A stretch of DNA of 64,000 bases from Blastocladiella emersonii ATCC 22665 (lineage: Eukaryota > Fungi > Blastocladiomycota): positions 1,364,001 to 1,428,000 of the forward strand of contig JANHCV010000011.1 in NCBI GenBank assembly GCA_025594325.1, written 5' to 3'. A model generated the notes under the pieces. The model worked only from the letters and a program-made list of their open reading frames with translations, had not been told where the DNA came from and did no database searches. Position 1 is the stretch's first letter. Each line of letters starts with the position of its first letter. The position numbers were made by a program, and so were the translations under genes. Below, one piece after another: positions 1-11,925 of this stretch.

Positions 1-687
1 CAATCTCCGTCATCCACCTCGGCCATCCGCGCTGCAGTGCGCGGTTGACGGCGGAAGGACGAGGCCGCATCCAGCGGTTTCTCAAACGCGGTTATTGATC
101 GAGCCCGTTGCTTGCTTGCTTCGGCTCGGACACCACCACCGCGCCGCCACCCTCACCCCGATGTCGTGCGCGATCGCGGTGTGATGTGGATTGCTCATGC
201 AACCTTGCACAAACACCACTGCGAACATCCTCTGAAACAATGAAGAACCTTCAGTAACTTCGTGCACGCGTTGTTTCGCCACGGCGACGTCATGCACGCC
301 TCGCCGTTCAGTGCAGCCGTCTGGTCCACGAGTGAGCCCCACGAGTGGGCCTGGCTCAGCTCCCTTTCAACGCGTCGAGGGGCCGTGCTTAACAGCGCGG
401 GGCACGCCTGTTGAACGACAGTTGGTTGGGGAACGTGTGCGAGAGACTCGAGGGACGCGACCAGAAAACATGTGACAGGTCTGAGACGCGTTGCGCCACA
501 CGCTGAGGCGAGTCTGCTCCGCCTGGACGCCGACTCCCCCCTCCCTCGGCTGCTCGCTCTCTCAGGTCCCAAGCCAAATACGATACTGAGTGAAGAATGA
601 AATTCTATCTACAAGCGGTGTAGGCGAGACGATGCCATGCCACGTCCTTCGTCATCAAAATCCATCGATCGTATCACCACCACCAAA

Positions 688-3600
688 CTAGCGACCACGC
701 CTGGCGCGACCGCGCGACGTGCGCTGCGTCTGGCTCCCCTCGCCGGCGCCACCGCTACTACTTCCGGCGGCGGCGGGGAACGCCGAGGACGACGACGACG
801 CGGACGCGGACGACTGGGTGCCAAGCGACTGCGTGTCGAACGAGGGCTGCGGCGGCGGCCGCTGCGTGAGCTCCACGTCCTCCTCCTCGTCGTCGTCGTC
901 GTCGACGAAGATGACCTCGTTCTGCTCGTTCCCGTCCTCCTGCATCAGGTCATCCTCGTCGTCGTCGTCGAGCGGACGCTGCGTCAGGAGGATCGAGTTC
1001 TGGTTCGACGACTCGACGTACTCGGGCGGGCCCGACTCGCCGGCGCCCGCGGGGACCGCGGGGTTGCGCGTCGCGGCCGACGACATGAACCCGCCGACGA
1101 GCGAGACGAGGTTGGCGCGTTCGCTGCTGCTGCCAACACTGCTGCCGGTTCCAAATGGCGAGGCCGAGGTGCGCGTGCGCGACTGGTGGTAGTGGTGCTG
1201 CTGCGAGCGGAACGTCTGCGGGATCGAGGGCGGGAGCGACGGCGGGACAGGGCGCGACGCCGAGGCCGACGATGACGACGAAGACGAGCTGGGCAGGACC
1301 GAGGCCGTACCGCGGCGGCGCGCGCTGGACGCGGGCGGCGGGACGGGCGAGGACCCAGCCTCGGACATGGTCGCGTCGCCTCCGGCCGCGGCCGCCGTGT
1401 TGATAATCTCGACGGCGGTGGGCGGAACACGGGCGGAGTCGCCCGAGACGCCGGCGTGGGGCTTGGAGGCGGGGTCAAAGTCGAGGACAATGAACTCGGT
1501 GCGCTGGTTGCGGTTGACGGCGGCGACGCACCACCGCTCGTTGATCTGGAGCCGCCACACGTTGGACACGTGGGTGGCGAGGTCGCGCACGACGCGGCCG
1601 GTGCGCGGGTTCCACAGCTTGATGGCGCCCTCGGACCCGGACACGATCTTGTGCCCGTCGAACTGGAAGCACGTGATGGCGTTGGTGTGCGACGCGAGCG
1701 AGTGCACGAGCGAGTTGTCACGCGTGTCCCACACGCGCAGCGTCGAGTCGGCCGCCGCCGACACGAGCCAGTCGGGCGTGAGCTCGAGCAGGCCGACGAG
1801 CGACGTGTGGCCCTCGAGCGTCGCGAGGCACGTCCCGTTCTCCACGTCCCAGCACTTGACCTGCGAGTCCATGGACCCGGACCAGCACCGGTCCTTGCCG
1901 TCGAACACGATCGAGTACACCTTGTTCCCGTGGCCCGTCAGCTCGTGCTTGCACTTGCCCTCGACCACGTCCCACACGCGCACCGTGTTGTCGTACGACC
2001 CCGAGCACACTATGTGCCCGTGGCCCGCGAGCGCGCGCACCGAGTTGGAGTGGCCCGACAGCACGTGGCGGAAGTACGGGTTCTCGGACGGCGTCGCGGG
2101 ACCCGATCCCGCCGACGGGCCGGGCTCGTCGCCGTTCCCGCCATGGTTGCCGCCGTGGTGCCCATGGCCGTGGTGATGTCCATGGTGACCGTGGTGCGCG
2201 TGACCGTGGTGGTGATGGTGGTGATGGCTCGGTGCGCCGCCCGGCGTCGACGACGACCCGGACTGGGCCGCCGCACGAGCGCGGGCGCGCGCCGCCGCGC
2301 GAGCGCGACTTGACGCCGACGCCGACGACGGTGCCGCAGTGCCCTGCTGCCACCCGGGGCCCGCGAGGCCGGGGAGGTCCGAGTTGGACGCCTGCGGTGT
2401 AGATCCGTTGAACGTCGCGTCGCCGCGGCGCAGCCCGGTGCCGCCGAACCGGCGGAGCCCGCCGAGCCCATTACCGCTACCGCTACTCCCATCCTCGTCG
2501 CCGTCGTCAAACTCGTCGTCGACGTCAATGACGGGCGTCGGTGGGGGCCACGGGGCGTCTCCGGGCTCGGGGAGGCGCCAGACGCGGAGCGTGGTGTCGC
2601 GGGACCCGGTAACGATGAGGGGTTCGGTCAGCTTGGGCGTGGGCACGTTGCCGAGCCACGTCGACGAGGCGGCGTACCCGCCGCCGCCGCGGTTGGCGGG
2701 GGCCTTGTGGGCCGTGTTGGGCGGTGCGGCGCCGGGGGCGGCGACGGGGACGAGGATCTGGAGGCAGCGGACGGTCGACGAGTGGCCGTGGAAGACGTGG
2801 GTGGTGCGGCCGGTGCGCAGGTCCCAGACGCGCACGGTGCGGTCCGTGGACCCGGACACGAGCGTGTTGCCGACGTAGTGGAGCGCCCACACGCCGCCCT
2901 CGTGGCCGTCGAGCTTCATGCGCAGCTGGCCCGTCTTGATGTCGTAGACGCAGATGGTCTGGTCGTCGGACCCGCTGACCACCTTGTCGTCGTCGAACTG
3001 GAGGCACGTCACGACCGAGGTGCCGTGCCCGGCAAACGACAGCTCCGTGGGCTCGGCCTTCATCCACGACCGCTGCAGCTCGATGCCGCGCCGCAGCATC
3101 GCCTTGTACGGGTGCGGCGCCGCCGAGGGCAGCACGTCGCGCTTGTCGATAAACGCGATCCCCTCGCGGATCTGGCGCAGCGTGTCGGGGTTGAGGAACG
3201 GCTCGAGGTCGGGCGCGACGGCGCGCGGGATCCCCATGGTCGCCATCCCCATGCCGGGACTGCCGGCGCCAAACTCGCTGCGCGCCTGCTGGATGCGCGC
3301 CGCGTCGTACATGGACCGGACGCGGAGCGTGCCCGAGGGCCGGCCGTCGGCGTCCCAGTGGCCGAGCGCGTGGCCGACGTCGCGCCACAGGCGCATTTCG
3401 CCGTCAATGAGGGCGCGCCACCGCTTGGAGACGCGGGCGCCGTGGGCGAGCGAGACGAGGTCGACCTGCTCGAGGATCTTGTACGCAATCTCGGGCGGGA
3501 GCAGCGTCAGGAAATCGCGCTTGAGGGCCGGGGTCACGACGGCGTGGACAAACTGCAGCGACGAGATGGAGCACCGGCGCAGCATCTGGAACAGCACGTA

Positions 3601-5050
3601 GTTCTTGACGGGCTCGGGCAGCTGGTCGAGGCCGTCGATCCACTGCGGCACCTGCTGGAGCAGCGCGAGGTGGCCGGCGGGCCGCTGCTGCGCGGCAAAC
3701 GCCGACGAGTAGGCGTTGGGCCCGAGCAGCTCGTCGGTAGGCGTCATGGGCCCGCCGATCCCCGACGCGTAGCCCGCGCCCGATCCCGACCGGTCGGCGA
3801 GCGGGGAGGTGCTGCCCGCGCCCGCGCCGGCGCGGAGCATGGGGGCAAAGAGGAGCGCGGGCCCGGCGGGAGCGTCGGCGTGGTTGGGCGAGTGGATGGG
3901 CGAGGGCGGGACCTCGACCACGTTGGCGGGGTTGTAGGCGGTGGGGCCCGTGGACCCGGGCGGGATGAGCGAGGCGAGGCCGTGGGGCCCGCTGGGCGTC
4001 GGCGCCATGGCGATGGGCGAGCTGTGGTGGTGGTGATGATGATGGTGGTGGTGATGGTGTGAGCCGCTGCCGGCGAGGAGGGCCGACGTGACGCCGGCCG
4101 TGGTGACCTTGGGCGAGTGCACGTGCGGCGGCGCGGTAGCGGATCCCGAGGCGGTCGCGGGGACGGGCGGCGGGGTCTGCACGCCGGCGAGGTAGCTGAG
4201 GTGCAGGTTGGCCGTCTCGACCGACTTGACGCGCTTCTTCATGGGCTGCTGCTGCGTGGTGGACGAGACGACCATGGGCGAGCCGGCGAGAGCGGCCGAT
4301 CCGGCACGCGACGACGCCGGCGGGTGGTCCACGTCCATGGAGTCCGCGGCCGCAACCGATGATGTTGTTGGTGGTGGCGGCGACCTGCGGGTGGGCGAGG
4401 TGCTGACGAGCATGGGGTCGGCGGGGATCGTGGAGGCAGCGAAGCCGGGGAAGGGTGCGGCGATGCCGTCCTGGTCGACGAGCGAGGAGGCCGAGCCGAC
4501 AGAGCGCTTACGCTTGCGCAGGAGCTGCTGGTGGTGGTGGGCGTGGTGGGGCTCGAGGGCGGGCGCGGGGCCCGGGCCGGACACGAGCGAGACGGCGGCC
4601 GACTCGACCTCGAGGTCGGTGGCGGGGTCGACGGCGATGGCTTGGAAGGCCTGTGGGTTGTGGGGTGGAGCGGAAGTGGTGAGAAGTCGGTCACTCGCGC
4701 GGGCGGCGGCCGCCACGCGTTCCCATGCACGCTGCGCATCGGCGCGCAAACGCAAACGCGTCGACGCGTCGCGCCACCTTCCTCATCTCGTCGCGCGCGA
4801 CCGTGCTTGGGAACAGCGCAGCGGCGTCCACGACAAAACGCGCACGCACCTTGCCCGAGTCGACCTCGTGGAAGTGCACGCGCACGGCGCCCATGGGGAA
4901 CTCGAGCGAGCGCAGCGCCACGGGCGTCTCGGCGTCGGCGAGCGGCAGCAGGTGCGCCTGGAGCCCGCCGCCCGACACGGGCAGCGACAGCGTGTTGGCG
5001 CGCGACGTGCGCGTGCGCGGCGGCGACGCGGCCGAGGCGGAGGGGTGCAT
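688..5050 (-). CDS. CDC4: F-box/WD40 SCF substrate receptor (Cdc4/Fbw7 family); join(4778..5050,688..4650)
   Basis: D-domain-like IDGLDQLPEPVKNYVLFQMLRRC, F-box LLPPEIAYKILEQVD..RVSKRWRALID, and WD40 repeats (GHGTSVVTCLQFDDDKVVSGSDD, GHEGGVWAL, GHSSTVRCL, GHSNSVRAL, GHTSLVGLL). A phase-0 GT..AG intron at 4651-4777 joins the upstream MHPSASAAS exon. Confidence 0.92.
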
Positions 5051-5983
5051 GGCGAGTGGGTGGTGGTGGTGGTTCGAGTCGTGTGTGTGTTGTGTGGTAT
5101 GGCAGCCGCTGCGAGAGGATGATGAGCGTGAGGGTGATGATGATACTGCTGCTGCTGCGTGACTGTTGTTGCAGGGGGGTCTGTGTGTGAGCAAGGGCGA
5201 TCGGGATGTTCTTGAGGAGGAGCGAGAGCGAGGGCAGGGCGCGGCAGGAGCAAGAGCGCGCAGCGACAGGCGGCCAGGCAGGCGCTCCGGCGTGGTGGGC
5301 AGGGCAGGTCGATGAAGAAAAGGGGGAGGGGAAGTGCGGGGACACAAGGGCACGCTGAGCGCGAGTGTGGGAACCGCCTCTCCCGCCGAGGCGCCTGCTC
5401 GCTCATCACCGCCCGATTCGCCTTGTTCTGCGTCTCGCCCCCATCATCTCGACGAGCCAGAGAGATGCGCGCACCTTGAAAGTGGCGAGTGGACCGCGCG
5501 AGAGTGTACGGTCTCAAACGAGTAGCGGGAGGGAGCGGGAATCGGCCCGCGCGAGGTCGGCGGCGCGAGGGGAGGTATCGGGGCGCGGATTCGCCTCTGG
5601 AAAGGTGCCGGCGAGCCAATGCAGCAAGTGACGGCGCGGCCACGGTGGCGAATCGACGACGAGGAGGGGGAGGAGACCTAGCGTGCGCCACGGGCGCGAA
5701 CGAGTGGCGCCCTTCGCCAGACGCGAGTTTTTAGCGAGGCGAACGCGCGTCAACGGGCGTGGCACGTCCGTCAGCTGACCCTGATCTCGCTGCGCCATCA
5801 CGCTTGCGATCAAGCGCGCGCGCTCCGCTGCACGAGCGAGAGAGGTCCCATTCTGACGATCGATTATATATAGCTAAGGTAGGGGGAGGGGGTGTGATAC
5901 AGGCGGAGGGACTAGATTACGAGGGGGTAGCGACTCTATGTACTAAGGTTGAGGAGATGACGATGGGAGCGAGCGAGCGAAGC

Positions 5984-7563
5984 TTACTTGTGCTTGCGCC
6001 CGAACCCGAGGAACTTGAGCAACTTACCGCCGCCGCTGCTCCCGGTACTCCCGGCGGCGTCGCGCTCGGCCGCGGCCTTGGCCTTCTTGGCGAGCTTCTT
6101 GGCCGCGCCCGGGTACAGCTCGGCCGCGAGGTAGTCGGGCACCTCGCCGTGGCAGCAGTACTCGACGAACTGCGCCGCCTTGCGCCGGGTGATCCCCTGC
6201 GGCGTGCCGTCGTCCTCCGAGTCGCTGACGCCCATGACCGAGTTGGACGTGACGAGCCCCATCTTGCGCATCCCCTTGGTCGCCGCCGCCGCCCCGTTCT
6301 TGGCCGGGCTGCCGTTGGCGCTGCCGCCCGGCGGGTACCGCTTGTTGAGCTGCGCCACGACGAACGCGACGGCCGCGTTCAGGTCGTCGACCGTGTACGC
6401 CGCGCCTGCCTGCACCGCGGCGAGCGACACGCCGCTGCCGGACGTGGACGAGGCGTGGCTGTGGCTCGACAGCGTCTGCGCGGCCTCGGCTGCGAGCGTG
6501 GCGCGCTTGGCGTGGTTGGCCAGCAGCGTGCGCCACGCAGGCGACTTCTTGTACGCGATCCACGACTCCTCGAGCATCGCCATGACGCCCTCGCGCACCG
6601 CCTCGAAGCACGCCACCGGGTCGCTCATCCCCCACGCCTCGAGCGCCGCCATGCGCTTGGGCTCCGGCAGGTTAAGTTCGAGCGGCGCACCGCCCGCTAG
6701 GTACGTGTCGAACACGACCGCCGGGTGCGTCTGGAAGATGATCACGTCGAGGATAAAGTACTACAGTCGCAGGCCGGAGGTGGCCCCAGTGAGTCGTGTG
6801 TCCTCGTCGCGTGAGATGGGAGAGCGGGGGTGGCACAGGGACGGCCACTCCATGGGCCGGCCAATCACATCGCCGCGCCGACCAACCCGCGATTTGTCCG
6901 CGGTCCGTGCCACGCCACCAAATCGAGTCTTCATCGTTCATCGCGGCCATCGTCGGCGCGACCACCGCACGATGGTCGCGGACACGTAAGAAAGAGCGAA
7001 CGTACCAGGTTCTCGGGGGCGAACGTGTCAATGTGGTGTCCGAGGAAGTAGCACAGCGGGATGCGCGAGACGAGCAGCTTCTGGAGGCCGACCGACTGGC
7101 ACTCGGCGAGCGACACGTCGGGGATCACCATCTCGCGCAGCGTGGCCTCGGCGTCGGCCATCATCTCGGGCGTGACGGCGAGGTTGGCGTGCGACGCGGC
7201 GCGCCGCAGCGCGTCCGCGTCCACGGCGTCGACGGGCGGCATCGTCGGCACGTCGCCCGACACGCTCGCGACGCCCGTAGGGTGGCGCGGACTCAGCCCG
7301 GCGTTGGCGTAGTACTCGACCACCAGCTCCGTCGCCGACAGCGTCGGCAGCCCGCGGTGCCGCGGCGTCAGCGGCGACACGGGCGCGATGTTGCCCCCGC
7401 CCAGCGGCGTCTTGGGCGTCTTGGGCGTCTTCGGCGTCTTGGCACCCGCCTTGAACGGCTGCGTCTGCGGCTTCAGCGAGAGCGCCTCGGGCCGCGCCTT
7501 GCGCGGCGTCCGCGTGGCGACGGGCGCCGGCGGCGTGGGCGACGATGGACGGTCCGAGGACAT
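5984..7563 (-). CDS. RGS-domain protein; join(7006..7563,5984..6760)
   Basis: Splicing (GTACGT..TAG, 6761-7005) gives LCYFLGHHIDTFAPENL|YFILDVIIF...VFDTYLAGGAPLELNLP, matching the RGS pattern F..E..ENL.F...V..F...I+..Y+...AP.E+N+. Confidence 0.7.
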
Positions 7564-8127
7564 GATGATGGCGATGGCGGCGGTGGTGGTCGTTGGCGGC
7601 GTGGCTGCTGATGTGTAGGAACTCCTGCTGCTGCTGGCTGTAGTCGTGTGGTCCAGCAGTGGGGAGTGCGTGCGTATGTGTCCGTTCGAATGGGAGAGAG
7701 GGAAAGCCCGATGACGAGGAGGGGCCGGTGACGGCGGCGGCTTGGTCGTCCAAGGTGGCTTGGGTCGTCGGCTCATCGCTCGAAACTTCATCAGCGCCTC
7801 GCGGCCGCGTTTGCGGAACTCTTCACACAAGGGGGGCGCCGACGTCGCGGCGACCAATCAACTCATGGCCTAACCAACGCTCGGAACCGAGTCTTGGCCT
7901 CACTCACCTTCGCCGTTCCCGTCCGGTGCGCGGGCGTCGACGGCGAGGACAAGGGCGGCGGAAGGGCAGCACCTGCGACCGTTTGCCCCCCGCGTCCCTC
8001 GCGTTTGCTTCCCCGCACAACGGTGGCGCGACACCGTCTCCGATTGCGCGTTTGAGCGAGCCACGCCTGTCTGTACAAGGGCCCTGTGTATTCGTTTGCA
8101 CTACCTGGCAGGCGGGTGGTGGTCCGC

Positions 8128-9007
8128 TCACTCGTCGGCGTTGCGCCGTCTCGTCTCGAGCTCGGTGACGTGCCGCTCGAGCATGCGCAGCTGCTCGTCG
8201 AGGTTCACGAAGACTTCGGACAGGTTGTCGACCTACACGCATCGCGAGCGTGGGCGTGAGTTGAGCGGGGCGAGACAGGGGCCGTGCGCGCGGGGGAAGC
8301 GTACGTAGGCGCCGTATGCAGACATGATCTGGTGCACGCGCGACTCGACCATGCGGACCGTCGCGTCGAGCTGCCGCGTGCGCTCGTCGACGCCCGCGTG
8401 CTGCTCCTGCGTGTACGCCATGTCTACCGCACGCATGTCAGTGACCTCGCCTGGCAACATCGCAATCCACGAGCGTACCCTCGAACGCGTCGACGTTGAG
8501 CGACTCGTTGAGCGCGTCGAGCTTGAGCAGGTTCGAGAAAGTCTCCTTGACGTCAGGCTCGGCCGACTCGACGATGGCGAGCTTGGCGGCGAGCGGCACC
8601 GCCTGCAGGTCGCGCTGCAGCAGCCACTGGTTCATCGTGTACGGGTCGGCCGCCGTGAACGGGTCCTTGGCCTTGCTGATGATGTGCGAGAGCACGTCGT
8701 CGACTACTCCCGAAATGCATCAGGCAACGGCTCTCACAGCGGGCAAGAGCGGGAGGAGCGTACTCCGTGACAACGCCTCCTCGAGCTCAGGCGACTGCGC
8801 CGACGCATTCGCGACGCGCAGCTGCACGCGCGACAGGTACGCCAGGATATTGGATTCGGCCAGCACGGGCGGCAGCACGCGCGACGCTGGTAGGGTGCCG
8901 GCGGCGGCCTCGCCGACCACAGCGCGCTCGATGGCGCCGATCCGCGTCGACAGCGCTTGGATCGATGACGCGTCCTGTGCATAGAGTCTCTTGGCAGATG
9001 ATGACAT
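8128..9007 (-). CDS. DCTN3: Dynactin subunit 3 (p22/p24), about 3 introns
   Basis: IQALSTRIGAIERAVVG, AAKLAIVESAE..LDALNESLN and AY|VDNLSEVFVNLDEQLRMLE resemble remembered DCTN3 segments (LQRLQARVEELERWVYG; LLSKQFVQWDELL). Coiled-coil character. Confidence 0.7.
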
Positions 9008-9273
9008 GGTTTTACTGTTCGTTGCTTCGTCTTCGCGAGGTCAAGGGAGGACCTGCAAGACGACGCGAGGAAGGGGCGACGCCACAGCGGCCGAGCCCCC
9101 GCCAACAACTCACGTGCGGCGGCCTGAGCGAGTGGCACTTTTTGGCCGCGCGCGCGATGGACCGCGTCGCCGTCCCTCGTTGCGACTGCTGCGCCTCAGA
9201 CCCCGCCGTCGTGACGCACACCATGGCCGCTGCGCCACCACGTAACTTACACCACACCACGAATTAAGAAACC

Positions 9274-10676
9274 ATGAGCACCGCGACCGTCGCGACGACC
9301 GTGGCGCTGCGTCGCCTGATCGAGTTCTACTTCAGCGACGCCGAGATGCGCACGCTGTACTCGCGCATGGCGGGGATCGACGGCGTGTCGCGCGGCGAGC
9401 TGCGCCTGGGCTGGGTCCCGCTCGCGCACCTCGCGACGTACTCGCGCGTGCGCAAGCTGTCGGCCAACATCAACGTGCTGGTGGGCGCGATCCAGGGCTC
9501 GGACCTGCTCGAGCTCAGTACCGACTACACGGCGGTGCGCCGCAAGGGCGGCGTCGTCCCGCTCGACGTCGTCGACGGCCTGCTCGACTTCTCGTCCATC
9601 TACGTGTGCGACCTCCCCGCCGATATCCCCGAGACGGCGCTCCATGCGTACTTTGCGCGGTTCGGGCATATCGAGAGCATCGCCATGTTCGCGTCCACCA
9701 AGGCCGCTGTCGTCCAGTTCGGCGACGAGGCCAGCGCCGCTGAGGCCGTCAAGGTCAAGCACCACTACAACGGCGAGCAGTTTACCGTGCAGTTCAAGAA
9801 GTGCGTGGTTCTCACTGGTTGCTTGCTTTGCGCCGATGCTAACGCCTGCACCCCATCGCGTTCAGGAAGGTCCCCGTCTCGCGCAAGCCGCCAGCGCTCG
9901 TCAAGGCTCTCGAGGCCAAGACGAGCAAGAAGCGCGCGCGCGGCAGCGACGATGCCGAGGGCGAGGCCAAGAAGCCGTCCGCAACACCGCTGACGGGCGC
10001 CGAGCTCAAGTCGGGTGACGCGTGCGTCACGCTCGGCTACACGCCAGGCTGCCTGCTAGAGGTCAAGAAGCTGCCGGCGGCCGCGAGCAAGTCGACTCTT
10101 CGTGTACGGTGCTCCGCTCCCGCCCCTCCTCGCGATCGCGGGCTCACACCTTTGCGCGTATAGAACTACTTTGCGGCATACGGCACCATCCAGTCCGTGA
10201 CCCTCGACACGACGTCGCGCACCGCGGTGCTCGAGTACGCGGAACCGCTGGCCGCACAGGTCCGCGCCGCGCTGTTCCCGGACGTGTTCACCGTGGAGCC
10301 CAAGGACGCGCGATTCCGTTCGCAGTTCCCCGAGTCGAGCGTGGACGTGGTGCAGGGCGAGTCGGAGCTCGCGTACCACACGGCGCGCGGCAAGCTCGCG
10401 GCGGCGCACGCGCCGCAGCGCAAGCTGATGCCGGGCAAGGGCAAGAAGCACGCCAAGCTGACGCGGCGCACCGGCCGCCCGCTGCGGCCCGCGGAACGCG
10501 TGCTCGAGGCCGCCGAGACCGAGGCCATGCACGCCAAGGTGCTCGCGGGCGACGAGGGGATGGATATGGATGAGGATGTGGAGAGCGCGGGCAAGAAGCG
10601 ACGCGTGCTCTCGGCCGAGGAGCAGTCGGCGTTTGACGGGCTCATGGCGGGGCTTACGGGCGTCGCCATGTCTTGA
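9274..10676 (+). CDS. La-motif + RRM + C-terminal xRRM-like protein (La/LARP7 family), 2 introns
   Basis: La motif LRRLIEFYFSD...GWVPLAHLATYSRVRKLS...SDLLELSTDYTAVRRK; RRM SIYVCDLP..HAYFARFGHIESI; basic linker; second domain YTPGCLLEVKKLP..SKSTLR|NYFAAYG..DVVQGESELAYH. Confidence 0.75.
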
Positions 10677-10762
10677 TTGGGAGGTTCATTTCGGTAGATA
10701 CATTAGTCTCGACTGTTCATAGACACTTCAACTGTCTTCATCGTCTCGCGCCGAGGCGCTCC

Positions 10763-11741
10763 TTAGCGGCCGGGGTACGGCGGCTGCTGCGGGTACGCGG
10801 GGTACGCGGCGCCGGGCATCTGGCTGGGGTAGAAGCCCTGCTGCTGCTGTTGCGGCGGGTAGCCGCCCATCTTGGCGGCCTCGATGGGGTACGGCGCGGG
10901 CGGCGCGCCGTACGCGGGCATCTGCGGCGGCATCTGGGGCGGGTACCCGGGCGCGGGCATCTGCGGCGCGTACATCGGGTACCCGGGCTGCGCCTGCGGC
11001 TGCTGCTGGGGCGGGTAGCCGGGGTACGCCGCGACGGGCGGGGCGGGAGCGTAGCCCGGGTAGCCCGCGGGCGGCGCACCCGCCGGGTACCCGACCATGG
11101 CCACGGGGACGTAGCCCGGGACCATGCCGCCGGGCGGCGCGACGGGCGCGTAGCCCGGGTACTGCTGCTGCGGCTGCGCGGGTGGGACGTGGTGCGCCGG
11201 GGCCGCGGGCTGCTGGCCGGGCTGCTGGACGGCGGTCTACACGTCGCACGACGTGTCGGCGAGGCGTTCGCAGGACGCGATACAGAGGAAGGAGAACGTA
11301 CCCGCGGCGTGAACGACATGCACAGGTGGACCTTGCCCGCGGGCTTGTGCTTGTGCGGGGTGAAGATGTCGAACCACGCGTCGTGCAGACCCTTGGCAAA
11401 GGCCACATCGAGCGGGATCAGGCACGACCCGATATGGTCGTTCGATACGGTGTCTTCGTCCCATGCGTCGAGGCGGAGCTGCGTGCACCCGTCGATGACG
11501 TTGAACCGAAAGGTCTCGTTGAAGGCGGGCGCCTTGCTGCCGTTCTTGGCCGTCTTGGTCCGGAACCGCTGCGTGTCGAGGAGCAGCTCGACGAACGGGT
11601 CCATCTTGCCGAACACCTCGACGTCGCGCAGGTTCTGCGCGTTGGCTACACGTGCGGGCGATGTGAGCGGGGGGAACGACGGATCGCGGCGGACGCGCGG
11701 GATCGCGTACCGACGATGACCTCGAGAACTCCGTGTGGCAT
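10763..11741 (-). CDS. C2-domain protein with Pro/Tyr/Gly/Gln-rich tail, 2 introns
   Basis: MPHGVLEVIV|ANAQNLRDVEVFGKMDPFVELL..RTKTAKNGSKAPAFNETF..AWDEDTVSNDHIG is a typical C2 domain; after a GTACGT..TAG intron comes a YPG/YPP-rich tail. Confidence 0.8.
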
Positions 11742-11925
11742 TTTTGGTAAAGACTTCGTCGTATCAATCTCTTCCTTCGGCGACGGGGAGAGAGAAGTAG
11801 TGCGCGGGCGGAGCGCGTTCACTCCTGAGCGCGAGGTGCGAGACAAGGTGCGAGACGCGTCGCAGAGCTCACGTGTGCGGCTTTTGCGCCGCCGCTCCAG
11901 CTTTTGCTCCCCCAAGTCGCAAACC

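Noticed and set aside
637-4062. Long plus-strand ORFs opposite CDC4 (e.g. 637..1275, 2707..4062) and similar antisense ORFs over the subtilase, DSK2 and LRR genes
   Set aside because: Shadow ORFs expected in very GC-rich coding DNA; Arg/Ala/Gly-rich with no motifs.
4756-4769. Perfect palindrome ACGCGTCGACGCGT (double MCB) in the CDC4 intron
   Set aside because: Single instance in CG-rich DNA; cannot be distinguished from chance without genome-wide statistics.
6761-7005. Intronic snoRNA or microexon in the unusually long RGS intron (8-bp hairpin CGCGACCA/TGGTCGCG)
   Set aside because: No convincing paired C/D or H/ACA boxes; short GC stems are common here.
11182-11925. N-terminal extension of the 813-aa ORF upstream of FANCJ
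   Set aside because: It overlaps the C2 gene on the opposite strand; the plausible start is ACCATGG at 11926.
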